Part shown: positions 12,031-21,647 of the stretch, piece after piece
Layout: each line of letters begins with the position of its first letter
Numbering within the stretch: position 1 is the stretch's first letter
Origin: Acidobacteriota bacterium
GTDB lineage: Bacteria > Acidobacteriota > Aminicenantia > Aminicenantales > Saccharicenantaceae
Assembly (NCBI GenBank): GCA_029571905.1
Contig: JAKPXU010000148.1
Location: forward strand, 18,225 to 82,224
Direction: 5' to 3'
DNA: 64,000 nt
Notes under the pieces: generated by a model
What the model was told of the DNA's origin: nothing
What the model saw: only the letters and a program-made list of their open reading frames with translations
Databases searched by the model: none
Program-made: the position numbers and the translations under genes

Positions 12031-12105
12031 CTTATTCTGGTATCTTTTATTTTAAAACGCAAAAAACATATAACTCTCAAAACCTGACTGCCGAGGAGAA
12101 AAAGA

Positions 12106-14124
12106 TTGCCCTATTTTCGAGGAGTATGTAACTTCTGCGGGACTGGTTGTGGCCATCTGCTGCGAGTAGAAGGGAACCGGGTAAGAGGTGTTTATCCTCT
12201 CTCTGGTCATCCCTTAAGTCGCGGTCGGTTGTGCGTCCGCGGCTGGCATATTCATGAGCTTCTTCAGACGGAAGATAGAATTTCCCAGCCGCTCATTAAA
12301 GACGGTAGCAGTTTCAAGCCTGTTTCTTATGAAGAAGCTCTTGATTATGTGGTAGAAAGGGTAAAAAAACTGCCTGGCCGTCAGGTGGCTGTTCTTGGTT
12401 CTCCTCGGGCCTCCAACGAAGAGAATTATCTGTTAGGTAAGTTTGCCAGGGCAATCCTGAAAACAAATAATCTAAGTCTGTCGTCCGATGCCGGCCAGGA
12501 AGAAAGTGCCAGGGTGCTTCTTGAAGGCTGTGGCTGGCCAGCCATGACCGGTACGCTGGCCGAATTGAGACAGGCTGATTTTATCTTAGTGGTGGGCGGC
12601 GATCTGACCAAGCAGAATCCGATTATCGCCAGCGAAATCCATCATGCCCATCGAGCCGGGACTTTTTTAGCAACCATTTCCCCTCGGAAAACCCAAATGG
12701 CCAGGCTCAGCCAGCTTCATCTTAGACCTAAGCCTGGAACAATTTTTTACCTGCTTCAGGGTTTAGCCAGAGTTCTGGTTGAGGAGAAAGCTATTGATGA
12801 TGATTATTTATCAACATTTACAGTCAACAGCCAGACTTTCCTCGAAGAGTTGAAGCAGGTCGAAATAGAAAAGATAGTAGAAGCAACCGGTATTAGCAGA
12901 GAGCAGATGACCGGACTGGCCAGAAAATTGAAAGAATCTAATTCAGCTTGTGCCTTTTATCCAACGGGAGTGCAGAGCCTCGATCGCCGAACAATGGCTG
13001 CTCTCTTTAACCTTTTCCTTTTAGCCGGGAAAATTGGGCGGCGAGGAAGTGGGGTAAATCCGGTGACCGGCATCAGCAATCTGCTGGGCAGCTATGACAT
13101 GGGCCTTTCTCCTGTTTTCCTGCCTGGTTATGCTTCAGTTGAAGACGAGCTGGCCTGGGAGAGACTGGAAAATTTCTGGCAGACAAAGCTGGATCGCTGG
13201 TCAGGTAAGAATGTCGATACCTGCCTGTCAGAAGGGGAAGATATCAAAGCTCTTTTTGTGGTTGATCATGATGAGGAAATTATCAGACATGTCAATCGGA
13301 TAAGGCAGCTTGACTTAATAGTTTATTTTGGTGCTTATGAAAATCCATTTGCTTCTCTGGCTCATGTCATTTTTCCCAGAACGAGCTATGTAGAAGAGGA
13401 AGGAACTTATACCAACTCTGAACGCCGGGTTCAGCTGGTTCTGAAAAGAATCGAGCCGCCGGCTGGGGTCCGTCCCTTATGGAAAACCCTGACTAACCTG
13501 GCTCAGGCTCTCGGGCATGACTGGAATTATCATTCAGTTGAAAACATCATGAGTGAGATAAGTCAGCTGGTTCCTTATTATCGTAGTCTGACTTATGAAA
13601 AACTTAAGGCCAGACTTGGCTTGAAATGGCCAAATGATGATCTACATCCTGAAGGTACAGATTGCTTGCTGGTGGAAGAAGCAAGCCGGCGCTTCCGATT
13701 TGTTCAGGTAAATGGTCAGGAGAAAAAGCTGGCTGGTGAGCCCGAGGTTCAGAAAGATTTTCCTTTTAAATTAGTGGTGGGGCGGAGCAATTATTTCTGG
13801 CACCAGAATTCTGTCATGAAAAGGACTTTTATTCCCAAACGCGAATATAATGCTCTTCTCCTTCTCTACCCCAGAGGTTTTGTTGAAATTTCGAAAGAAG
13901 ATGCCAGCCGTCTCGGCCTGAGAGAAAAACAAGTAGTGAGAATAGTGGCTGAATCGGCTGAGGTCAGGCTGGCAGCCAGAATCTCAGGCGATATTCTGCC
14001 CGGTATGCTTTACATACCTTATTTTATTGATGAGATGATTCCCGAATTTCTTCACCGGCAGGTAGCTGATTTAGAAAAGAACGAAGAGTTCTTTCTGCCG
14101 GTCAGATTGGAAAAGGTGGTTTAA
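12106..14124 (+). CDS. Formate dehydrogenase H-like molybdopterin oxidoreductase subunit (catalytic residues apparently substituted)
   Basis: 672 aa. It has an N-terminal 4Fe-4S motif (CxxCxxxC...C) and is colinear with FdhF from memory (KFARA..TNN, GVNPV.G, C-terminal MGD cap). There is no in-frame TGA. Confidence 0.8.
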   Translation: MPYFRGVCNFCGTGCGHLLRVEGNRVRGVYPLSGHPLSRGRLCVRGWHIHELLQTEDRISQPLIKDGSSFKPVSYEEALDYVVERVKKLPGRQVAVLGSPRASNEENYLLGKFARAILKTNNLSLSSDAGQEESARVLLEGCGWPAMTGTLAELRQADFILVVGGDLTKQNPIIASEIHHAHRAGTFLATISPRKTQMARLSQLHLRPKPGTIFYLLQGLARVLVEEKAIDDDYLSTFTVNSQTFLEELKQVEIEKIVEATGISREQMTGLARKLKESNSACAFYPTGVQSLDRRTMAALFNLFLLAGKIGRRGSGVNPVTGISNLLGSYDMGLSPVFLPGYASVEDELAWERLENFWQTKLDRWSGKNVDTCLSEGEDIKALFVVDHDEEIIRHVNRIRQLDLIVYFGAYENPFASLAHVIFPRTSYVEEEGTYTNSERRVQLVLKRIEPPAGVRPLWKTLTNLAQALGHDWNYHSVENIMSEISQLVPYYRSLTYEKLKARLGLKWPNDDLHPEGTDCLLVEEASRRFRFVQVNGQEKKLAGEPEVQKDFPFKLVVGRSNYFWHQNSVMKRTFIPKREYNALLLLYPRGFVEISKEDASRLGLREKQVVRIVAESAEVRLAARISGDILPGMLYIPYFIDEMIPEFLHRQVADLEKNEEFFLPVRLEKVV

Positions 14125-14127
14125 GCA

Positions 14128-15195
14128 ATGTACTGGCTGACAAAAGAACAGTTGCCACTGCTGGTTCAAAAACTGGCTGAAGAATATAAAATCTTTGGTC
14201 CCCGCCATGACCGCGTTTCGGGTGAGGTGATCTTTGACCATCTACCCGATCTATCCGAGCTGGATCTGCAAGCGGCCATTCCTTATAATCCGCCCAAGTT
14301 CATTCTTTTCCCCCACTATGAAGAGATCCTTAAATACCGCTACCAACCAGAAACAAAAAAAGTCAGAATTGAACAGCTCAATCTCCTGGAACCGAAGGCT
14401 TTGATCGGTTTAAGATCCTGTGACCTGACTGGTTTGCTCTGTCTTGACCGCTTTTTCCTCGATCAGGAATATGTAGATGAATTTTATTTAGCTCACCGAA
14501 AAAAGTTGTTTATCGTTTCCAATACCTGCATCAGGCCATTTCCACAGTGTTTCTGCGTCTGTACGGACAGTGGCCCGGCGGCCAGGGAAGGCTTCGATCT
14601 TGATCTGACTTTTACCGGCCGCGATTACCTGGTTGAAGCTGGTTCGAAGAAAGGGCAGGCTTTGGTCGAAGAGCTAAATCTGGTCGAGGCTGATCCTGAG
14701 TCTTTAAATCTCAGAAAGCAGATAATAGACGATTCGGTCTCCTCTTTTGACCGCTTTGCTCTGGAAAACAAAGCCTGGATTTCGCGGGCAACCAATCGGT
14801 TGACCACCGGCTTTATCAAGCCTGAGGTCTGGGAATATATCGGGAATCAGTGTTTTGAATGTGGAGCTTGCTCTTTTGTTTGTCCTACCTGCTCCTGTTT
14901 TAATATTGAGGATGCTAATCTGGCCAGCGGTGAAACCAGCCGGCTGAGGACCTGGGACTCCTGTTCTTTTGAAGGTTATACCAAAATGGCCGGAGATCAT
15001 AATCCAAGAAAACCGGTTGAAGATCGTCGTAACAAAAGGTTCTTTTGCAAATTATCTTATTCCCAATCAAAAAAATATCTGAGACCTGGCTGTGTTGGCT
15101 GCGGTCGTTGTGCCAGGGTCTGTCCTGGCGATATAGGTTTGCCCAATGTCGTCACTTACATCAGGCGTGAAATCACTGGAGAATCTGGAGAATAA
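14128..15195 (+). CDS. 4Fe-4S cluster protein, sulfhydrogenase beta (HydB) / AsrA-like
   Basis: 355 aa with a C-terminal FeS motif (CFECGACSFVCPTCSCF) and a further motif CVGCGRCARVCP. The architecture resembles HydB/AsrA partners of HydG/AsrB-type flavoproteins. Confidence 0.65.
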   Translation: MYWLTKEQLPLLVQKLAEEYKIFGPRHDRVSGEVIFDHLPDLSELDLQAAIPYNPPKFILFPHYEEILKYRYQPETKKVRIEQLNLLEPKALIGLRSCDLTGLLCLDRFFLDQEYVDEFYLAHRKKLFIVSNTCIRPFPQCFCVCTDSGPAAREGFDLDLTFTGRDYLVEAGSKKGQALVEELNLVEADPESLNLRKQIIDDSVSSFDRFALENKAWISRATNRLTTGFIKPEVWEYIGNQCFECGACSFVCPTCSCFNIEDANLASGETSRLRTWDSCSFEGYTKMAGDHNPRKPVEDRRNKRFFCKLSYSQSKKYLRPGCVGCGRCARVCPGDIGLPNVVTYIRREITGESGE

Positions 15196-15200
15196 AAGCT

Positions 15201-16040
15201 ATGGTTAAAAATTTAGTGCCTATAGTCTCTATTCCAGAAGTTGCTACTATCGTTGATATCCGGGATGAAATTGAAGAGGTCAAAAGCTTTTATTTTACTC
15301 TGGACCGACCGGAAATCGAGGAAGCTTTTAAGATTCGCTCCGGCCAATTTATAATGTGCACCGTCTTTAGAGCAGGCGAATTTGCCGTTTCTTTGCCTTT
15401 CAGTCCGGAGAATGACCGCAAGCATATTTCGGTAAGGAAGGTGGGGAAAGTTACAGCTGCTTTGCATCAGCTTGAACCAGGCGACAAAATCGGAGTCAGA
15501 GGTCCCTTTGGCAATGGCTTTCCTTTTGAAGAAATAAAGGGAAGCAATATCATCTATGTAGCCGGTGGGATCGGCCTTATCCCACTTCGCTCGTCAATTG
15601 TTCATGTCCTCCAGCACCGGCAGGATTTCGGTCGGGTAATTCTGGTTTACGGGGCCAAAAGCTCAAAAGAACTGATGTACAAAGAAAGCATAAGAGAATG
15701 GCAGGCCACAGAAAACTTTGAGACCCACTTTACGATCGACCGACCCGAACCGGGTTGGTCCGGAGAGGTTGGTTTTGTCAACCACCTGACAGCTAAACTT
15801 GATTTGCCGGTCTCCAACACAGTGGCCTTTGTTTGTGGTCCGCCGGTTATGTTTAATGCTGTGATTAAAGAACTCAAGCTAAAGGGAATAAAAGAACAAA
15901 ATATTTATTCAACTCTGGAAAGGCATATGAAATGTGGGATTGGCAAGTGCCAGCATTGCGCTATAGGCCGGACACTGGTCTGTGTGGATGGACCCGTTTA
16001 TACCTATAAACAGATTAGAACCCTGGGAGAGCAAATCTAA
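15201..16040 (+). CDS. FAD/NAD(P)-binding oxidoreductase with C-terminal [2Fe-2S], HydG/AsrB/PyrK-like
   Basis: 279 aa with a ferredoxin-NADP reductase-like fold (GGIGLIPL) and a C-terminal CGIGKCQHC cluster motif as in PyrK/HydG. Confidence 0.72.
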   Translation: MVKNLVPIVSIPEVATIVDIRDEIEEVKSFYFTLDRPEIEEAFKIRSGQFIMCTVFRAGEFAVSLPFSPENDRKHISVRKVGKVTAALHQLEPGDKIGVRGPFGNGFPFEEIKGSNIIYVAGGIGLIPLRSSIVHVLQHRQDFGRVILVYGAKSSKELMYKESIREWQATENFETHFTIDRPEPGWSGEVGFVNHLTAKLDLPVSNTVAFVCGPPVMFNAVIKELKLKGIKEQNIYSTLERHMKCGIGKCQHCAIGRTLVCVDGPVYTYKQIRTLGEQI

Positions 16041-16580
16041 ATGGAACCCCTCGAGAGTTTACAGCAAATCCTGACCGGTCGAACCTGTTTGGTTGGCATC
16101 GGCAATAAATTGCGCGGCGATGACGGCGTTGGCCTCTATTTTATAGAATCAATTAAATTAAAAGGTTTCTTTCCTCCCGATAACCTGCTGACTGTGGAGG
16201 ATGTCCCTGAAAATTATGCTTTTCCCCTGGCCCAAAAAGCTGTTGAGAATGTAATTTTCATTGATGCTGTCCTCTTCAATGCTCCAGCCGGGACGGTTAT
16301 CTTTGGCCCGCTGACAGAGCTGGAAGAAGTCAGCCAGATTGTTTCAACCCATAAATTATCCCTGAGGTTAACTGCTCAACTACTGGAGAAAACCGGTAAA
16401 AAGGTTTTTCTTCTGGGCATTGTTCCTGAAACCACTGGTTTTGGCCAGGAATTGACCCCTCAGATCAAAAAAATCGCCGATGAACTGATAACCATCTTTG
16501 AAAAGACCCTGGATAAGGCTTCGCCTCTTGAGAACCCGGGCGAACGAGCAGCAATTCAGGTTGGAAGGGAGAAAGGCTGA
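16041..16580 (+). CDS. [NiFe]-hydrogenase maturation endopeptidase (HycI/HyaD family)
   Basis: 179 aa with the GIGNxxxGDDGVG signature (CLVGIGNKLRGDDGVGL). The start codon abuts the upstream stop. Confidence 0.8.
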   Translation: MEPLESLQQILTGRTCLVGIGNKLRGDDGVGLYFIESIKLKGFFPPDNLLTVEDVPENYAFPLAQKAVENVIFIDAVLFNAPAGTVIFGPLTELEEVSQIVSTHKLSLRLTAQLLEKTGKKVFLLGIVPETTGFGQELTPQIKKIADELITIFEKTLDKASPLENPGERAAIQVGREKG

Positions 16581-18478
16581 TGACTATCCTGTCAGGTTTC
16601 GGGCTCTTCTGGCTGAGTTTGCTTCTGGCTTCCTTCCTGGCGCTAATCTTAAAGAAAAAAACCAACTATCTTCGCTCCGCCGGGACTTTATTGCTCTGTC
16701 TGAGTTGCTTGATACTGATCTTTATCTCCCTATCTGTACTGGGGAAAGGCGGCTCTCCTCTCGAATTCGAGGTTAAAGTCGGGAGTTTTCATCTGCCATT
16801 TTTAATTGATGGCCTGTCGGCGCTCTTTCTCCTGCTTCTTTCTGTTTTAACTTTAGCTTCAGTCATTTTTTCGCTGGATTTTGTCAAAAAATATAAAGGT
16901 GACGAGTTCTGGAAATATTATCTGATATTGCCTCTGTTTATTGGTGGCCTGACCGGACTGCTGACCGTTGATGACCTCGGACCGGGCTTTACCCTGGCCT
17001 GGCAGTTAATGGTTATCTCTTCTTATCTTTTAATCAGATGGGGAAGGCCGACTAAAGTTTCAGCCCGACCGGCTTTAGTCTATCTTCTTTTTATGGAAGC
17101 CGCCTGGCTGATGATTACTGGTTCTGCTTTCCTGGCCAAAGGTTATATTTTTGGTGATTCGCTGGGTACTGTTGGCTTGAAGCTGGCTCAAAGTGGCCCC
17201 TGGCAGGCTATTTTATTTTTTAGCCTCCTCTTTCTCGGCTTTGGTATTAAAACGGGGGTTTTCCCTTTTGGACAATGGTGGATACCTGATGCCTATTCGA
17301 CTGCCTGGCCTCAGGTTTCTTCTCTTCTGGCCGGTCTTCTGGAAAAGACTGGCGTTTTCGGGTTGATTCGAATCTTTTTCTTTGTGGCCAAAAGCTCAGG
17401 CGCAGCTTTTAATCCTGATCTCTGGGGAAAGGTGCTGGTGGTAGCTGGAGTAATAACGCTTTTTATTGGGACTGTTCAGGCTATCAAACAGAGTGACTAT
17501 CTCCGCCTTCTGGCTTATAGCTCGATCGGACAGGTTGGCTACATAATTTTTGCTCTGGGGAGTAGCCTGCTGGCCTGGAATAGCTCCTTACCTCTGGCAA
17601 AATCTCTAGCCTCAGTTATTTTTATTGCTGCTGTTTATCATAGCCTTAACCATGGTATTTTTAAGGGTCTCCTTTTTCTACTGGGAGGAAACCTCCTTTA
17701 TGCTACCGGCACGCGTGACTTGAATCGCCTGGGTGGACTGCTATCTGTTATGCCAGTCAGTGGCTTTCTGGCGGCTATTGCTTCTTATTCTATCTCCGGT
17801 ATGCCAGCTTCCAGCGGTTTTGTCAGTAAATGGTTAATGATTTCCTCTAATTTTCTGGCCGGTCGGGGCAGCTTGCTTTTGACCCTTTCTGGCATTGTAG
17901 CTCTTTTCACTGCTGCTTTTACCTTAGCCTGCTATGTCAAATTTTTTGGTCTGGCTTTTACTTCTGCTGGTGCCAGCTGGAAACTGAAAAGAAGCATTAA
18001 GGAAGTCCCCTGGAAGTTGCTGGCTTCTGAAATCTTCCTGACCGTCATTTGCTTGAGCCAGGCTTTTCTTCCAATGGGCTATGTTAAGCTGATTGACCGC
18101 AGCCTTGGACTTTCTTCTGGCTTCCTTTTGTCAGAAGCTGGTGGGGATTTACTGAGTGGAAAGATGTTCAGTTTAAAAATTCATGACGGCCAAAGCCTCC
18201 TGGCGGCCACTTCCCCGCTTTTAATGCTGTTTCTCATTGTTTTATTGGCTTTCCTGGCCTATTGGTTTAGCCGGTCGGCACATCCAGCCGAGATCAAAGT
18301 TCCTGCCTGGCTTTGCGGATACCAGGATTTAAACTTGAATAATGTTTATGCTGACCGTCATGTCTTCTCTGATTTAAAGAAATTTTTCTGGTGGACGGGC
18401 GGCTCGCCTAAAAAAGTTATTGACGATAATGACCCGACTGTTTTGCCTGATAGCCAGCCAAAAGGTGAAGTAGAATGA
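16580..18478 (+). CDS. Group-4 hydrogenase membrane subunit, NuoL/HyfB/HycC-like antiporter-type
   Basis: 632 aa polytopic membrane protein in the complex I L / Mrp antiporter family. It overlaps the protease stop by ATGA. Confidence 0.78.
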   Translation: MTILSGFGLFWLSLLLASFLALILKKKTNYLRSAGTLLLCLSCLILIFISLSVLGKGGSPLEFEVKVGSFHLPFLIDGLSALFLLLLSVLTLASVIFSLDFVKKYKGDEFWKYYLILPLFIGGLTGLLTVDDLGPGFTLAWQLMVISSYLLIRWGRPTKVSARPALVYLLFMEAAWLMITGSAFLAKGYIFGDSLGTVGLKLAQSGPWQAILFFSLLFLGFGIKTGVFPFGQWWIPDAYSTAWPQVSSLLAGLLEKTGVFGLIRIFFFVAKSSGAAFNPDLWGKVLVVAGVITLFIGTVQAIKQSDYLRLLAYSSIGQVGYIIFALGSSLLAWNSSLPLAKSLASVIFIAAVYHSLNHGIFKGLLFLLGGNLLYATGTRDLNRLGGLLSVMPVSGFLAAIASYSISGMPASSGFVSKWLMISSNFLAGRGSLLLTLSGIVALFTAAFTLACYVKFFGLAFTSAGASWKLKRSIKEVPWKLLASEIFLTVICLSQAFLPMGYVKLIDRSLGLSSGFLLSEAGGDLLSGKMFSLKIHDGQSLLAATSPLLMLFLIVLLAFLAYWFSRSAHPAEIKVPAWLCGYQDLNLNNVYADRHVFSDLKKFFWWTGGSPKKVIDDNDPTVLPDSQPKGEVE

Positions 18479-20166
18479 GCAGAAAAGAAGAATTACTGAA
18501 CCTGCTTAAGGATAAATTGAGAGGGAAGTTTCTGGCCGGGAGCAGTCTGGAAGATAAGCGTTTGTTTATTGATATAAAAAAAGAAGCACTGGTCGAAACA
18601 GCCAGTCTCCTGATGAAAGAGGGCGCCCGCTATCAAATGGGCGTTGGCTATGAGGCCAAGAAGAATGGCCAGGGTCTGGCCATGGTTCACACCTTTGCCT
18701 TTGATGCTGATTCTCTGCTGGTGGCTATCAGGGCTTTAACAACAGAAGATAAGCCAGAATTTGATTCGCTCACCCCTTTCATTCCTGGTGCTGGCTGGTC
18801 AGAGCGTGAATATATTGACCTTCTCGGGCTTCATTTTAAAAATCATCCGAATCCCAAACGCCTGGTACTGTCTGATGACTGGCCGGAGGGAATTTATCCT
18901 CTTCGCCAGGATGTCCCTTATGACCTGATGCCCCCCTCGGCCGAAGAGGTAGCTTTCCGGCTCGACGAGGCTCCGCCTGGCAGTTCTATCATTCCCTTTG
19001 GACCTTTTCATGCCTGTCTGCATGAGCCTGCTCATTTTGCTGTTTATGTAGATGGGGAGGAAATCAAGGGCTGTGAATACAGAGGTTTTATGGTTCATCG
19101 GGGCATTGAAAAATTAGCCGCGACCGAGCTTACCTATAATGAAATACCTTTTGTAGCTGAACGAATTTGTGGGATTTGCGGCTCAGTGCATTCGGTCAAT
19201 TATGCTCAGGCTGTCGAGGCAGCTTCTGGCCTTAAAATTCCACGGCGAGCTGAGTTTATCAGAACAATTATGCTGGAAATAGAGAGGCTTCATTCCCACC
19301 TGATGTGGTTGGGAGTGGCCGGCCACCTCATCGGCTTTGATACTGTTTTTATGCAGGCCTGGAGAATAAGGGAGAAAATAATGTGGCTGGCCGAAAGTCT
19401 GACCGGCAATAGGAAAACTTATGGAATGGTCATCGTCGGGGGTGTAAGACGGGATATCGATCTGACCAAAGCTGACCTGATTAAGAAAACCCTGTCCGAA
19501 GTTGAAAAAGATATGCTGGCTCTGGAAAAGGCCATTATCAAAGATAAAGCTATCCACAGAAGAACTAAAGGTGTTGGCTATCTCTCCAGAGAAAAGGCGG
19601 TGGAGTGGAATCTGGTAGGACCGGTGGCCAGAGCCCGCGGACTGGATATGGATGCGAGGAGAGACCACCGCTATGCTGCTTATGATGAGGTGAAGTTTGA
19701 TGTTGTGGTGGCTGATTCCAGTGATGTCTGGGGAACACTGGTCGTCAGGATTAAAGAGATTTATGAGGCCATAAAGATTATCCATCAGTGCCTGGGGAAA
19801 CTGGCTTCGGAGCTCCAGGGTTCTCCCCTTGCTATTGAGATAGAAGGATCGATTCCAGCTGGTCAACAGGGATTGTCGGTAGTGGAGGCGCCGCGGGGAG
19901 AAGCTGTCCACTACGTCCTTACCGGTGATGATAACCGTCCAGAACGCTGGCGGGTGCGAGCGCCAACTTATCCCAACCTCCAGGCCGTACCTGATATGTT
20001 GCTCAATAACAAGCTGGCTGATTTTCCCATTATAGTTGGCTCAATTGATCCCTGCATATCCTGCACTGACCGGGTAGCGGTTATAGATAGAAAAACAGCT
20101 GCTGACAGAATTTTAAGCCGACAGGAGCTGGAAAAACTGTCCAGAGAGGTGAGGTCTAAGACATGA
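18475..20166 (+). CDS. Group-4 [NiFe]-hydrogenase large subunit with fused NuoC-like N-terminal domain (HycE-like)
   Basis: 563 aa. It carries an N-terminal NuoC-like domain, the L1 motif RICGICGSVHS and the C-terminal L2 motif DPCISCTDR. Confidence 0.9.
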   Translation: MSRKEELLNLLKDKLRGKFLAGSSLEDKRLFIDIKKEALVETASLLMKEGARYQMGVGYEAKKNGQGLAMVHTFAFDADSLLVAIRALTTEDKPEFDSLTPFIPGAGWSEREYIDLLGLHFKNHPNPKRLVLSDDWPEGIYPLRQDVPYDLMPPSAEEVAFRLDEAPPGSSIIPFGPFHACLHEPAHFAVYVDGEEIKGCEYRGFMVHRGIEKLAATELTYNEIPFVAERICGICGSVHSVNYAQAVEAASGLKIPRRAEFIRTIMLEIERLHSHLMWLGVAGHLIGFDTVFMQAWRIREKIMWLAESLTGNRKTYGMVIVGGVRRDIDLTKADLIKKTLSEVEKDMLALEKAIIKDKAIHRRTKGVGYLSREKAVEWNLVGPVARARGLDMDARRDHRYAAYDEVKFDVVVADSSDVWGTLVVRIKEIYEAIKIIHQCLGKLASELQGSPLAIEIEGSIPAGQQGLSVVEAPRGEAVHYVLTGDDNRPERWRVRAPTYPNLQAVPDMLLNNKLADFPIIVGSIDPCISCTDRVAVIDRKTAADRILSRQELEKLSREVRSKT

Positions 20167-21062
20167 AGGTGGTGGCTGTCTTCGTCAATTTAATCTATTT
20201 TCTCCTGCTGGCCCCTTTTCTGGAGGGGGTGATGAGAAAGCTAACGGCCTGGATTCAATCGAGGAAAGGCCCACCGCTCTATCAGCCTTATCTTGATCTT
20301 CTGAAACTTTTAGGCAAGGAAAATTTAAACTCAGGTGGGAACTGGGCTTTTCGACTGGCGCCTATTCTGTCTTTTAGCTCAATGCTGGCGGCTATCGCCC
20401 TTATCCCTCTGACCGGTCAGGCCAATATTTTAGCTCATTCATCAGACTTAATGACTCTGATTTATTTTTTGACCCTGAGCGGTTTTTGTCTGCTGGTCGG
20501 GGCTTTAGGCAGTGGGAATCCCTTTGCGGCGGTGGGGGCCAGCCGGGAAATGATGACAACGGTTATGCTCGAACCGGTTCTGGCTATGCTCTTGATTCTG
20601 GGTACAGTTAGAATCGGTAGCTTCTCTTTGAGTGCCGCCGTCTCGGGCGTGGCGGTCAGCAGAGGTGTTTCCTATTTTCTGATGCTGGTTGTTTATCTTC
20701 TGGCTCTTCAGGCTTTTGCCGCCAGACAGCCTTTTGATATCGCCGAAGCTGAGGTTGAAATTCTGGAAGGACCCTATATGGAATATAGCGGACCGAATTA
20801 TGCTCTACTCCGTTATACTTTAAATCTTAAGAGAATGTTTTATGCCTGGCTTCTTGTCTCTTGCTTTTTAAGTTTTATTCTGCCAGCCAATTTTCTTTTT
20901 AGTCTGCTGTTGCAGACTGTGCTGATTATCGTGGTCTTTATTTTAATTTCGCTTATTGGAGCGACTCATCCACGTTTCCGAATAGACCAGGCCTTAAAAT
21001 ATTATGCATTGCTTTTAATTTTAGCCCTGATAGCAGTTGGTTTGGCGGTTAAGGGCTGGTGA
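20163..21062 (+). CDS. Hydrogenase membrane subunit, NuoH/HycD-like
   Basis: 299 aa multi-TM protein in the NuoH family; translationally coupled by a 4-nt overlap. Confidence 0.78.
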   Translation: MKVVAVFVNLIYFLLLAPFLEGVMRKLTAWIQSRKGPPLYQPYLDLLKLLGKENLNSGGNWAFRLAPILSFSSMLAAIALIPLTGQANILAHSSDLMTLIYFLTLSGFCLLVGALGSGNPFAAVGASREMMTTVMLEPVLAMLLILGTVRIGSFSLSAAVSGVAVSRGVSYFLMLVVYLLALQAFAARQPFDIAEAEVEILEGPYMEYSGPNYALLRYTLNLKRMFYAWLLVSCFLSFILPANFLFSLLLQTVLIIVVFILISLIGATHPRFRIDQALKYYALLLILALIAVGLAVKGW

Positions 21063-21083
21063 TGATGAAAGGCGGGGTTTAAG

Positions 21084-21647
21084 ATGTGGCTCTGGAATAA
21101 AATCAAACAACTGGCCATTCCTTCCAGGACAGGCGTCGTTACTCTGCGTTATCCTTATAAGCCCAGGCCGGCTCCCGCCGGTTTCCGCGGCCAGCCTGTC
21201 TGGGATCATACCAAATGCATTGGTTGTGCCGGCTGCGCCAGCAACTGCCCGGCCAGAACCATTTTCCTCCGGGATATCTGTCAGGAAATAAGGATTCTCC
21301 TTTATGATTCGTCTCGCTGCACTTATTGCGGTAGATGTGCTGACCTCTGTCCGGAAAAAGCCATCACCATGAGCGAAAATTTTGAACTGGCTACCGATAA
21401 TCGCCAGGATATAACTCAGACCATAGAGCTGTTTATGATGACCTGTCAACGCTGTGGCCGCTGCTACGACCTGGAAATAAAGAATGCCCTTGATAAGCTG
21501 CAAATGCTTGGCTACCGTTATGATAGCCTGGAGGTCAGAAAAGTCATAAGGCAGTCAACGCCTGAATTGGAACCCGAGCATTTAGAGAAAACAGCTACTT
21601 ATCGCCGTCCCGAAAAACTGGAGAAGTCGTCATGTGGAAAAGACTAA
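21084..21647 (+). CDS. 2x[4Fe-4S] ferredoxin subunit, NuoI/HycF-like
   Basis: Two CxxCxxCxxxCP motifs (CIGCAGCASNCP and CTYCGRCADLCP). Confidence 0.8.
   Translation: MWLWNKIKQLAIPSRTGVVTLRYPYKPRPAPAGFRGQPVWDHTKCIGCAGCASNCPARTIFLRDICQEIRILLYDSSRCTYCGRCADLCPEKAITMSENFELATDNRQDITQTIELFMMTCQRCGRCYDLEIKNALDKLQMLGYRYDSLEVRKVIRQSTPELEPEHLEKTATYRRPEKLEKSSCGKD

Noticed and set aside
12106-14124. Possible selenocysteine (in-frame TGA) in the formate-dehydrogenase-like gene
   Set aside because: The ORF is uninterrupted over 672 codons with no internal TGA. The aligned Sec position is Gly, so there is no Sec recoding here.
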